NCBI GenBank assembly: GCA_024239015.1
Contig: JANBVM010000001.1
Coordinates: 1 to 60,850 of the forward strand
Reading direction: 5' to 3'
DNA from: Patescibacteria group bacterium
GTDB lineage: Bacteria; Patescibacteriota; Minisyncoccia; Minisyncoccales; JANBVM01
DNA: 60,850 bases
The notes under the pieces: model-generated
The model's database searches: none
Told to the model about the DNA's origin: nothing
Seen by the model: the letters and a program-made list of their open reading frames with translations, nothing else
In this document: one piece after another, positions 1 to 8,645 of the stretch
How the letters are laid out: each line of letters opens with the position of its first letter
Numbering within the stretch: position 1 is the stretch's first letter
Translations under genes and position numbers: made by a program

Positions 1-295
1 CTTGAGCGAACTTATCGTAAGCCTTGAAGGTTGAGTTTAACCCTAATTGAATAAGCTTATTCATCAGATTTTCATATATGGATGATCTACTATGATGTAG
101 AGCATAGATGCCTGGTAACTTTGATACGGGGTTTAACTGAAGCCATTTTTGAACGATTTCCGATTTGAGCAGATCACTTCGAAGTTTCTCAACATCGATT
201 TTCACTTGATCTGTTGCAAATTCAGTAGCGGTTTTATAACGGATGACTGGTCCACCATTCTCCAACAACCAATTGAATAAATCTGTAGAAGTCAT
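1..295 (-). CDS. Hypothetical protein, partial (runs off the window edge)
   Basis: Own translation from ATG at 295: MTSTDLFNWLLENGGPVIRYKTATEFATDQVKIDVEKLRSDLLKSEIVQKWL...; open to position 1. Missing from the ORF track because it has no stop codon in the window. Confidence 0.75.
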   Translation of the reverse strand, partial: MTSTDLFNWLLENGGPVIRYKTATEFATDQVKIDVEKLRSDLLKSEIVQKWLQLNPVSKLPGIYALHHSRSSIYENLMNKLIQLGLNSTFKAYDKFAQ

Positions 296-396
296 TTTGT
301 TATTACATTCATCTGGATTAAAAATTGATTTCTTTTATTGTTCCATAATAATATGGATTCTTTCAGCTATTAAGTTTAATTCAATATTAGTAGAAT

Positions 397-411
397 TACG
401 TGAAATAATCG
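397..411 (+). repeat. Half-site (left arm + spacer), degenerate
   Basis: TACGTGAAA-TAATCG; 2 mismatches to TTCGTGAAA-TAACCG; intergenic. Confidence 0.65.
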
Positions 412-528
412 AAATAAAAATTAAATAGTTATTTATTAGTTAAAATTGATAGTAATTCTTTAAAGAGTAAGAATTTATTAGAAATATAAGTACTCTTAAT
501 TACATTTTAACATAAAAAAATTAATACA

Positions 529-825
529 ATGGTAAAAACTAAAGAAGAGATTCTCGAGAAACTTAAAAAAATAAAGAAAAAGCTCAAAAGTGATTATATG
601 GTAGAATTAATTGGGCTTTTTGGCTCATATGTAAGCAATAATCAAACTGCTGCCAGTGATATTGATTTTTTAGTAGAATTCGATAAAGAAGCTGATTTAA
701 TTCATTTTATAGCTCTTTCTCGTTACTTAGAAGAAATTTTTAATGCAAAAGTGGCCATTGTTTCAAAACCTAGCCTAAAAGAAGAATTAAAGCAAAATAT
801 TCTTAATGAGGTCATTTATGCCTGA
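529..825 (+). CDS. Minimal nucleotidyltransferase (MNT antitoxin family)
   Basis: 98 aa with LFGSYV...SDIDFLVEF motif and typical MNT C-terminus (ILNEVIYA). Confidence 0.9.
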   Translation: MVKTKEEILEKLKKIKKKLKSDYMVELIGLFGSYVSNNQTAASDIDFLVEFDKEADLIHFIALSRYLEEIFNAKVAIVSKPSLKEELKQNILNEVIYA

Positions 826-1306
826 GAAATATAAATTTTTTGGATTAATTCAATTTAACTAAATCATTAACTATACTAATCAAGTATCAATAGATACATA
901 GAAAAGAAAAAAATGAAGTAGATTTTAAAGATTTTATTTTTTTACGCTCTGTTGAGTTCAGACATTAATATTATTAGCTAAATAAAGAAAATATCTCAGA
1001 ACTTAGACAGTGGTATGATAAATATTTTCCATATTACGATCTACCATACTTCTAATTTTTTTCGGAGTTTTTCAGGTAAAGAAATCGTTCCTAACCTTAT
1101 AAATATATAAATTAAGAAGATATATATATTTTCTGTTTACTATTGCTTTTTTTATTAAATTCTATAACTGAATCTTAGAAATCTTAAAGTTTTAAATTAA
1201 TAAATCAATATTTAAAGTTTTTTTTTAATGGAATGATTTATAAATCCATAGAAATTAGTTTATTTAAAAAAATAAATTTAAAATAAAAATTAGTTAAAGT
1301 GTAAAA

Positions 1307-1459
1307 ATGACAAAGCATACGAAACCAGAACATAGAAGAAGAACTGAAAATATTAACATGGCAGTTACGAAATCTAAAAAAGAGTTCTTGGAAAACTTAG
1401 CTAAAGAGAAAGAAATGACTGTTTTTGAATATGTCAGAATCAAATTATTTGGAGGTTAA
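1307..1459 (+). CDS. Small ribbon-helix-helix (CopG/MobC-like) protein
   Basis: Own translation, 50 aa: MTKHTKPEHRRRTENINMAVTKSKKEFLENLAKEKEMTVFEYVRIKLFGG; RHH strand-helix-helix pattern. Below the ORF-track size cutoff. Confidence 0.6.
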   Translation: MTKHTKPEHRRRTENINMAVTKSKKEFLENLAKEKEMTVFEYVRIKLFGG

Positions 1460-1535
1460 AGAAAAATGAACTACATCAGTCATGCCAAAAAAATAAACCC
1501 CCAAAAAAAAAATAAGCAATTTTTGTAAAAATAAT

Positions 1536-2048
1536 TTATTCTTTCATCAATTTATATATTCCATATAATATTAAAGCTGTTAACCCAATGAGTCCTAAAC
1601 TTAAAAGCATATTATATCCAAATAATTCAATTTCTTTTCCTTTCCTACTTTGTTCAATATAATGAATTGTATTACTTAAGCTTACATTTTGATTTTCAGG
1701 ATCGAATTCAATATATTCAAGTCCAGAAATAAAACCTTCTGTCTTTATTCCCTTTTCGACTAAAGGAATAAAATTAGTAAAACCTCGAGCTTTTATCCAA
1801 TATCCTATTTCTTGATTAACAAAACCAGATTCTTTTCCTCTAGAAGTATAAAGAACTAAAAGGTAATCACTAGTCTCAATATTTTCAATTATTTTATTGG
1901 ATAATGGCTTTCCAATTTGATAATCTCTTTCAGCAATGTAAGCCAAAATTCCCTTTGATTTTAAATACTTTTCTAAAGCTACTACTAATTGATGGTCTTT
2001 AGTACTATGCGAAATAAATATTTTTAACATAATCTTCACTTTTTTCAT
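1536..2048 (-). CDS. TIR-domain protein with C-terminal TM helix (copy 1)
   Basis: IFISHSTKD...IIENIETSDYLLVLYT...FVNQEIGY (TIR box with catalytic-position Glu); hydrophobic C-terminus. Confidence 0.85.
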   Translation of the reverse strand: MKKVKIMLKIFISHSTKDHQLVVALEKYLKSKGILAYIAERDYQIGKPLSNKIIENIETSDYLLVLYTSRGKESGFVNQEIGYWIKARGFTNFIPLVEKGIKTEGFISGLEYIEFDPENQNVSLSNTIHYIEQSRKGKEIELFGYNMLLSLGLIGLTALILYGIYKLMKE

Positions 2049-2341
2049 TTTTCATTATTTTTAGATAAAAGATAAATCAGTGCAGCAGCACCTAATCCCA
2101 CAATTGCACCAAGAGCAAAATTCCCTATAGCAGTAAGAGCTGTGCTATTTTCTTCATAACCACAATTAGAACATTTTATATTTTTATCATTTATTTTAAA
2201 ATCGCTCAACTCCCTTCTGCATTTTGGGCAAATAGGTTTAATTTCAGGCAAGTTATCAAGCCCTCTTTTCATTAACTCTTCTCTTGCTTTTTCAAGTTGA
2301 GCGTGCTCAATGTCAGATAAACGAACCATATTTTTACGCAT
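2045..2341 (-). CDS. RHH-like N-terminus + zinc ribbon + C-terminal TM protein (copy 1)
   Basis: CPKC...CSNC, then GNFALGAIVGLGAAALIYLL; overlaps the TIR gene by 4 nt; paralogue at 7614. Confidence 0.8.
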   Translation of the reverse strand: MRKNMVRLSDIEHAQLEKAREELMKRGLDNLPEIKPICPKCRRELSDFKINDKNIKCSNCGYEENSTALTAIGNFALGAIVGLGAAALIYLLSKNNEK

Positions 2342-2460
2342 TTTAATTCACGTGATTAAAAATTTTAAATTTAATGTTATATCGTAAGTATCGATCGTAT
2401 TTATATATTATCGTCTGTAAATTTCTGTATAACAATCAAATTTTTCTTAATAAAAAAGTT
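2342..2460 (-). promoter_or_regulatory. Conserved upstream region of TIR operon copy 1
   Basis: Minus-strand GATTGTTATACAGAAATTTAC...GATAATATATAAATACGATCGATACTTAC aligns with 7527-7580 upstream of copy 2; contains a TATA-like element. Confidence 0.55.
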
Positions 2461-2597
2461 CGAAGTTGAAGGGAACTATTAGAGAAACCAAAATTAAATA
2501 TTCATATTGGTTATCTTCCAATAATAGAAAAATTTTAAAATATAAAGAAAAAGAAAAACTAGTATTCAATAATATCAATTAGCTAATTTCTCAATTT

Positions 2598-2612
2598 TTC
2601 GTGAAACGGTTA
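2598..2612 (-). repeat. Half-site (left arm + reversed spacer), perfect
   Basis: TTCGTGAAA-CGGTTA; intergenic. Confidence 0.9.
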
Positions 2613-2735
2613 CGTGCTGAAAAGTACACTCAAATTGTCTATCTATTGAAAAATATAACCGGAGTTTTTTGTAAATTAAATCTTGGATTATTGAAATTCA
2701 TGATAAAATAAATGTTAAATTAGGTTCTGAATGGA

Positions 2736-2750
2736 TTCGTGAAATAACCG
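2736..2750 (+). repeat. Half-site (left arm + spacer), perfect
   Basis: TTCGTGAAA-TAACCG; intergenic. Confidence 0.9.
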
Positions 2751-2872
2751 ATAATTATTTGTCATTCGAAAAATCAGTATAGTATTAGTCTCATAAGAAG
2801 TAAATACCTTAATATTTTTATAAAACTCTGATATATTATTTTATAGATATCAAAATTTCATGGAGGTTAAAA

Positions 2873-3382
2873 ATGGTAAAAAAAACTATTTTTAAATTCA
2901 TTCAAGTTCAAAATAAATTAGGATTATCCGATTTAAATGATAGATTAGAACTAGATTTTGATAAAAGATTACTCATTCAGAAAGTTTTTTATTTTTTAAT
3001 TAAATTAGGTTTTGATTTTAAGCTAAAATATAACTTCTATAAGTATGGTCCTTATTCTCGAGAATTAGCTGATATTTATTTTGAATCCTCAGAATTTATA
3101 AGTATGAAAATTCATGAAAATTCAGAATATCATTTTAGTAGTAATGATGAGTTCGCTCTTACTAAACTTAAGAGTCTTTTGGAAAAATGGGGTGAGAACA
3201 CTCAAATTTGGGAATATTATTCAAGTCTCTTATTTATTCATGAAGATATGTATTTTAGAATATGGAACATTGAAAATGTAAAAGCTAAAATTGCTAGAGA
3301 GAAGCATGAACTTTTTGATAGATTCAAATTTGATTCAGTACTCCAAGAATTAAAAGAACTTGGTTTAATAACTAAACATTAA
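2873..3382 (+). CDS. YwgA/Panacea(SocA)-like protein
   Basis: RLLIQKVFYFL...YNFYKYGPYSRELA motif; GGAGG RBS upstream. Confidence 0.7.
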   Translation: MVKKTIFKFIQVQNKLGLSDLNDRLELDFDKRLLIQKVFYFLIKLGFDFKLKYNFYKYGPYSRELADIYFESSEFISMKIHENSEYHFSSNDEFALTKLKSLLEKWGENTQIWEYYSSLLFIHEDMYFRIWNIENVKAKIAREKHELFDRFKFDSVLQELKELGLITKH

Positions 3383-3383
3383 T

Positions 3384-4787
3384 TTGATTGATGTGAAGCG
3401 AATATTTGACCCCATTTATGGATTAATTGAACTTAATGACATAGAATCTCAAATTTTAGATACACCATTATTACAAAGGTTAAGGTATATAAGACAATTA
3501 AGTTTAGCTGAATTTGTATACCCTACAGCTACTCATAATAGATTTTCTCATTCTTTAGGAGTATTTCATATAACTGATAAAATAGGGAATATATTACAAA
3601 AATTTGACAATAAATTCATGAGCAATTACTATATAGATAATTTAAAGATGGCAGCTCTTTTACATGATATTGGACATTTGCCACTTTCCCATGCACTCGA
3701 ATTTTCTGAAAAAGAAGATGTTTGGAATAGATTACCTTCTTTCTTAAAATTAAATCATGAAGATTTAGGAGTGTATCAGATAAAAAATTCATACTTAAAA
3801 AATATCATAGAGAGTGTTGACGATCGTTATGATATCGATTTGATTTGCAATTTAATACAGGGTAATGATATAGCTGATAACCCAATTTTAAATAGAGTAA
3901 TAAATTGGGAATTAGATGCAGATCGACTGGATTATTTATTAAGAGATACATATTTCACAGGTGTAAAATTTGGTAGTATTGATTTTGATTATTTGGTAAG
4001 TAATTATGAAATATATAAAAATGAAAAACTTGTAGTTAACAAAAAAGCTTCAAGATCCATTGAAAATTTTCTAATTGCTAGATTCTCTTTATATGATCGA
4101 GTTTATACGCATAAAAATATATCCTATTATAATTTCTTCCTAAAAAACGTTACTAGTTTATTAATCGAAAATAGTCTATTTCCTTTATTTAAGAATGACT
4201 TAACATTTGATGAAATAATTTTAGATGAAGAAAAATCTGAATTAATTTATGAGTTAACTGATTTTTCATTATATGATAAACTCCTTCAATATTATTATCA
4301 TCAAAGGACCTTAGAAGAAAAAAGTGAAAGTATCTTACTAAATTTAAATTCAGTGTTATTTCGGAAAAAGAATCATAATATTTTTCAATATCAAAAAATA
4401 ACAAACCAAAAATCTGGCATTATTGAGTTGGTTGATGATAAAGTACTAACTTTAATAGAAAGTTTAAATGAAGAGTATAAAAACCAGATATATTTAGATA
4501 ATCCTAAAAATAGATTTACAAAATATCAATCAGTATTTTATCCTTCGATTGGATTAGATCAAGAAAAAATAAATGAAATTAAAGAACAAGAACTAAAATC
4601 AATCTGGATTACATCGGATAACGGTAATCCTCAATTATTTTACGAATGGACTGGAACTTATTTTAGAGAATTATATTCTTTTAAAAATATAAAATACTTA
4701 ATATATCTTGAAAAGAATAAAGAGAAATTAGCGGAAAAATATAGATCAATTGAAAATGATATAAAGAATCAGATAAATAAACTTTAA
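3384..4787 (+). CDS. HD-domain dNTP triphosphohydrolase (SAMHD1/YwfO-like)
   Basis: DPIYG, LQRLRYIRQL, HNRFSHSLGV, LLHDIGHLPLSH and DADRLDYLLRD motifs. Confidence 0.9.
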   Translation: MIDVKRIFDPIYGLIELNDIESQILDTPLLQRLRYIRQLSLAEFVYPTATHNRFSHSLGVFHITDKIGNILQKFDNKFMSNYYIDNLKMAALLHDIGHLPLSHALEFSEKEDVWNRLPSFLKLNHEDLGVYQIKNSYLKNIIESVDDRYDIDLICNLIQGNDIADNPILNRVINWELDADRLDYLLRDTYFTGVKFGSIDFDYLVSNYEIYKNEKLVVNKKASRSIENFLIARFSLYDRVYTHKNISYYNFFLKNVTSLLIENSLFPLFKNDLTFDEIILDEEKSELIYELTDFSLYDKLLQYYYHQRTLEEKSESILLNLNSVLFRKKNHNIFQYQKITNQKSGIIELVDDKVLTLIESLNEEYKNQIYLDNPKNRFTKYQSVFYPSIGLDQEKINEIKEQELKSIWITSDNGNPQLFYEWTGTYFRELYSFKNIKYLIYLEKNKEKLAEKYRSIENDIKNQINKL

Positions 4788-4822
4788 AGGAATTCTTTTT
4801 TATTAATGATTTGATATTTCAA

Positions 4823-4837
4823 TTCGTGAAACGGTTA
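4823..4837 (-). repeat. Half-site (left arm + reversed spacer), perfect
   Basis: TTCGTGAAA-CGGTTA, 35 bp after the HD gene stop codon. Confidence 0.9.
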
Positions 4838-4960
4838 TCAAATTTAAAATAGAAATTAGAGCTCTGTTTCAACCGAATAGCGAATTCTATTAATTTAAAT
4901 CCTGATAATTTTAAACCAAATAATAATATTATAATGAAAAAGAGTACAAAGGAACTTGAA

Positions 4961-4984
4961 TTCGTGAAATAACCGTTTCACGAA
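4961..4984 (+). other. Complete 9-6-9 palindromic site; putative tyrosine-recombinase (dif/att-like) core site
   Basis: TTCGTGAAA-TAACCG-TTTCACGAA: perfect 9-bp inverted arms (11/12 when extended to 4958-4987) around an asymmetric 6-bp spacer. The only two-armed copy found in the window. Confidence 0.8.
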
Positions 4985-5039
4985 CTCACTTTCTTCTAGC
5001 TTGATATCTTCAAATCATTCTTAATCGTGAAAATTCTAT

Positions 5040-5882
5040 TTATTTATATCCATAAAAAACTTTCCAGAATTGGTCATCGAGAGGTATATTTCGAGGAAAA
5101 ATCATCATGCCATATCCTTTAAGTGTATAACCATCATGCCTATAAAACTTGTCTTCAATTAAAGTCATCAAATCATCACAATAGTCATTAAAAAATGCAC
5201 CTGGGCTTAAACCAAAATACTTCATAGCATATCTTCTCACCAAGTATGCTACGATGTCTGCTAATTGAACACCATTATGAATTATTGAATCAACAATAAA
5301 AGGTGTTTCTATAACTTGCTCGGGAAATTCATCCCAACCTTGTCCCGTACCATATTTTATGAAAGATTCTATTTCGTGACGTTTTTGTTCATCAAATTCG
5401 GGATCAACCGAATCCATTACTATCATTATATGCTGGTCTTTTTTTGGATGATTATCCATTACATAGCGGTTTAAACGTTCAATTAATAGTTTAAATGCCC
5501 AATTTGCTACTCCTACGTAATTTCCCTTCATAAAATGTTCCTTATGTACCACTATTGATACAATTTTTATAAACAATTTTGATAAAAAGGAATATATTTC
5601 CCGCCAGATACTTCTTAATTTATCGTCATCATCTCCAATAGACTTATAATATCCTTCCTTACGCGAAATTTCTTTCATGTGAAGTTCAAAATCTCCTGGT
5701 GGATCTTTCTGAAGTCCTTTATTTCTCACAAGATCCCAGATTTTACGTTTTAAATTTTTAATTTCCTGATGAATCCAATTCCAATATTGTTCATGAATAA
5801 TTAGAGCTGTTAAAACATAGAGTTTATTTTGTTTATTGTTAATATCCTTATTACCTGATTCATCAGCATAAGCGAAATACAT
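5040..5882 (-). CDS. DUF3800-family RNase H-like protein
   Basis: N-terminal YADESG and C-terminal GVQLADIVAY motifs. Confidence 0.85.
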   Translation of the reverse strand: MYFAYADESGNKDINNKQNKLYVLTALIIHEQYWNWIHQEIKNLKRKIWDLVRNKGLQKDPPGDFELHMKEISRKEGYYKSIGDDDDKLRSIWREIYSFLSKLFIKIVSIVVHKEHFMKGNYVGVANWAFKLLIERLNRYVMDNHPKKDQHIMIVMDSVDPEFDEQKRHEIESFIKYGTGQGWDEFPEQVIETPFIVDSIIHNGVQLADIVAYLVRRYAMKYFGLSPGAFFNDYCDDLMTLIEDKFYRHDGYTLKGYGMMIFPRNIPLDDQFWKVFYGYK

Positions 5883-6062
5883 TAAACTCTAACCACTTGA
5901 TTGTTATTTTAGTTTAATCTTTCACAATATTTATAGAATCTCCTTTCTTGGAGTTTTTATATAGGTTAAAATTTGGAAAGGAACAAGAATGAAAAAAGTT
6001 GATTTACTACCAAAATTTGCCAAAAATTTCGATAGGATTTTATAGACAGTGAAAGAATAGTT

Positions 6063-6740
6063 TTAAACACGAAGTCTTCTTCTATTTGGGTCTTTAATAC
6101 CAATATAACGTCGAATTCCAGAATGACCTCCTTCATTATATACATACCACAATCCCTCATCCCTTATTTTGTATTTTAAAGAGCAATTTTTACATTTTAT
6201 ATCGATATAATCTACTTTATCTTGGAAATCGATTTCTCCTTCACATTTAATGCATTTCATTTTTTCTTTTAATAGGAGCAATCTAAGACTTTCAATAAAG
6301 ATTAGATAGTTCTTGTTTATCATCGAATTAATTACATCCCAGGTTGAGTCCTTCAATGAATTAGAATTAAACACAGATATAGTTGAGCGTGAAGGTTTAT
6401 AGAATGAGATTTTTGGGTCAAAATATTGTCCGAGAGATCTTACAGATATGATATATATTTCTTTCTTTACTAAATCTGCTTTTATTACCTTGGCTGTTAG
6501 GTCAACTTGTTTAAAATACTTTTTGTTTTTAAACCAGTAAAGCATATAATCATAAGATTTTATTAACAATTTCTCAAATACTCGAAATAATATTAATGTT
6601 CCCAATGCTGATAGAATTGAGTATAAGACGATTAATGGATTAAGTGAATCTGTAAGAAAATTAAAAAGCCAAGTGAAAAGGCCTGAAAACAATGCACCTA
6701 TTACTACATATGTCAAATCATTTTTATCTGTTTTTTCCAT
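6063..6740 (-). CDS. Hypothetical membrane protein with C-terminal zinc ribbon
   Basis: Two N-terminal hydrophobic helices; CIKC...CKNC; GAGG RBS. Confidence 0.7.
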   Translation of the reverse strand: MEKTDKNDLTYVVIGALFSGLFTWLFNFLTDSLNPLIVLYSILSALGTLILFRVFEKLLIKSYDYMLYWFKNKKYFKQVDLTAKVIKADLVKKEIYIISVRSLGQYFDPKISFYKPSRSTISVFNSNSLKDSTWDVINSMINKNYLIFIESLRLLLLKEKMKCIKCEGEIDFQDKVDYIDIKCKNCSLKYKIRDEGLWYVYNEGGHSGIRRYIGIKDPNRRRLRV

Positions 6741-6874
6741 CTTAATTCCTCAATAGTCCCTTTCTATTTTTACATTAATGTGTATAAAATTAAAATACTA
6801 TTATTAAGTGAATCTTTACCTTTTTTCATTATTTATTCTTTCAAATCCTTATTGTATTTTTATCAGCAAGATTT

Positions 6875-7186
6875 TCATAAAGGAATAATCTTAACACTAT
6901 GACTATACTGCTTTTTCATGTAGTTAGTTATTTCGAAATTTTTTTTTTGATATTCATCACTTAACTTAATTAAATGTCCTTGAGTGGGAATAATAGAAAT
7001 GAATGCTTTAATCTCGTCTTTAAAATCACTTACATTAATTTTATTCTGATTATCCACAAGCATTTTAAATGAATCAATTTGTTTTTGAATGAATTCAATA
7101 TTAGTTTCTTCTTTATTAATCTCTTTATACCAATGATACTTAACAAATGGAACTTTAATTTCTACATCGTGTCTTTTTTTTATCAT
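6875..7186 (-). CDS. Hypothetical protein
   Basis: 103-aa ORF; no recognised motif. Confidence 0.45.
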   Translation of the reverse strand: MIKKRHDVEIKVPFVKYHWYKEINKEETNIEFIQKQIDSFKMLVDNQNKINVSDFKDEIKAFISIIPTQGHLIKLSDEYQKKNFEITNYMKKQYSHSVKIIPL

Positions 7187-7382
7187 TATAAATTATTTAC
7201 TCGTTTTTATTTTATTTTATTTATATAATATTCACTATATAAATAAAAGAGTCACTCTTATAAATCATTTTATTAAACCGGAACCAAAATCACAATATAT
7301 AAATAAATAGAGGGTGCAGATTTACTAATTTTTTGTTTTATAGTTTTAAAATTTACATTAAAATCTTAAAAAAAATATAATT

Positions 7383-7397
7383 CGGTTATTTCACGAA
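7383..7397 (-). repeat. Half-site (reversed spacer + right arm), perfect
   Basis: CGGTTA-TTTCACGAA; intergenic. Confidence 0.9.
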
Positions 7398-7613
7398 TGC
7401 GCACCTATCTCCTTTTTCAACTTAACCTTTTTTAAGTCATCATATCATATCTCTCCTCTCTAATTAAATTAATTATAGTTTTTCATATACTTCCCCTTAA
7501 TTTTTAGCTTTTTAAATAAAAAAAATCGGTTGTTATACAGGAATTTACTATTGATAATACTTAAATACGATTGATGCTTACAATAATACATTAGATAGTA
7601 AAATTAATATGAT

Positions 7614-7928
7614 GTGAAAAAAATGCGTAAAAATATGGTTCGCTTGTCTGATATTGAGCATGCTCAACTTGAAAAGGCGAGAGAGGAACTTATGAAGAGG
7701 GGACTTGAAAATTTACCTGAAATTAAGCCTATCTGCCCAAGTTGTAGAAGTGAGTTGGATGATTTTAAAATTAACTCAAAATATATAAAATGTTCTAATT
7801 GCGGTTATGAAGAGAAGAGCACTTCACTTACTGCTATAGGAAGTTTTGCTTTTGGAGCAATTGTAGGATTAGGTGCCGCTGCACTAATTTACCTTTTATC
7901 TAAAGACAAGAAAGAATCACAAAAGTAG
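7614..7928 (+). CDS. RHH-like + zinc ribbon + TM protein (copy 2; likely start 7623)
   Basis: 28 residues from MRKN are identical to 2045..2341; CPSC...CSNC; TM tail. Confidence 0.8.
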   Translation: MKKMRKNMVRLSDIEHAQLEKAREELMKRGLENLPEIKPICPSCRSELDDFKINSKYIKCSNCGYEEKSTSLTAIGSFAFGAIVGLGAAALIYLLSKDKKESQK

Positions 7929-8431
7929 TGAAATTTATGTTAAAGATATTTATCTCTCATAGCACAAGAGATTATAAATTAGTTACAGCATTAGAAGTAT
8001 ATTTAAAAATAAAAGGTATATTGACCTATATTGCTGAAAATGATTGTCAAGTTGGAAGATCCTTATCAAGTAAAATAATTGAAAATTTAGAGAAAAGTGA
8101 TTACTTTTTAGTTCTATATACTAATAAAGGAAAAGAATCAGATTACGTCAATCAAGAAATTGGATATTGGATAAAAGCTCGCGGTTTTACTAATCTTATC
8201 CCTTTAGTTGAAAAGGGAATAATACCAGAAGGCTTCTTATCTGGATGTGAATATTTTGAATTGGATCCTAAAAATCATAATATTGGTTTGGATAAAATTG
8301 TTGATTACTTAGTACAAAAGAAAGAGGAATATGAAATAGAATTATTTGGAGATAACATAGTTGTAGGTTTAGGACTCTTAGGGCTTACGGCTTTGATACT
8401 ATATGGAATATATGTAGTTGTGAAAGAATAG
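7928..8431 (+). CDS. TIR-domain protein with C-terminal TM helix (copy 2)
   Basis: IFISHSTRD...YVNQEIGYWIKARGFTN; close paralogue of 1536..2048. Confidence 0.85.
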   Translation: MKFMLKIFISHSTRDYKLVTALEVYLKIKGILTYIAENDCQVGRSLSSKIIENLEKSDYFLVLYTNKGKESDYVNQEIGYWIKARGFTNLIPLVEKGIIPEGFLSGCEYFELDPKNHNIGLDKIVDYLVQKKEEYEIELFGDNIVVGLGLLGLTALILYGIYVVVKE

Positions 8432-8645
8432 AACAATTATTATACCTTACATTTGAATAGGTTAAAAGCAAATTTTAATTTCTCATTTTGAATTACCTAA
8501 TAAATAAATATGTGCTAAAACCTTTTGTGAAATTGCTTAGAAACAAAGAATTTGAGTTCAGTTTAAATTGGTTGTAATTATAATTATATTAATTAACCAA
8601 TTACAAGTGAACTAATTAATTAAGGGTAAAGAAATCCAAGATCTT

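Noticed and set aside
243..428. 61-aa + strand ORF
   Set aside because: Overlaps the better minus-strand gene 1-295 and a half-site; no motif.
5024..5032. ATCGTGAAA arm-like sequence near the full site
   Set aside because: No spacer follows; it could be an accessory binding site but nothing supports that.
1536..8431. Thoeris system call for the TIR genes
   Set aside because: No ThsA-type effector (SIR2-SLOG or TM-macro domain) is present nearby.
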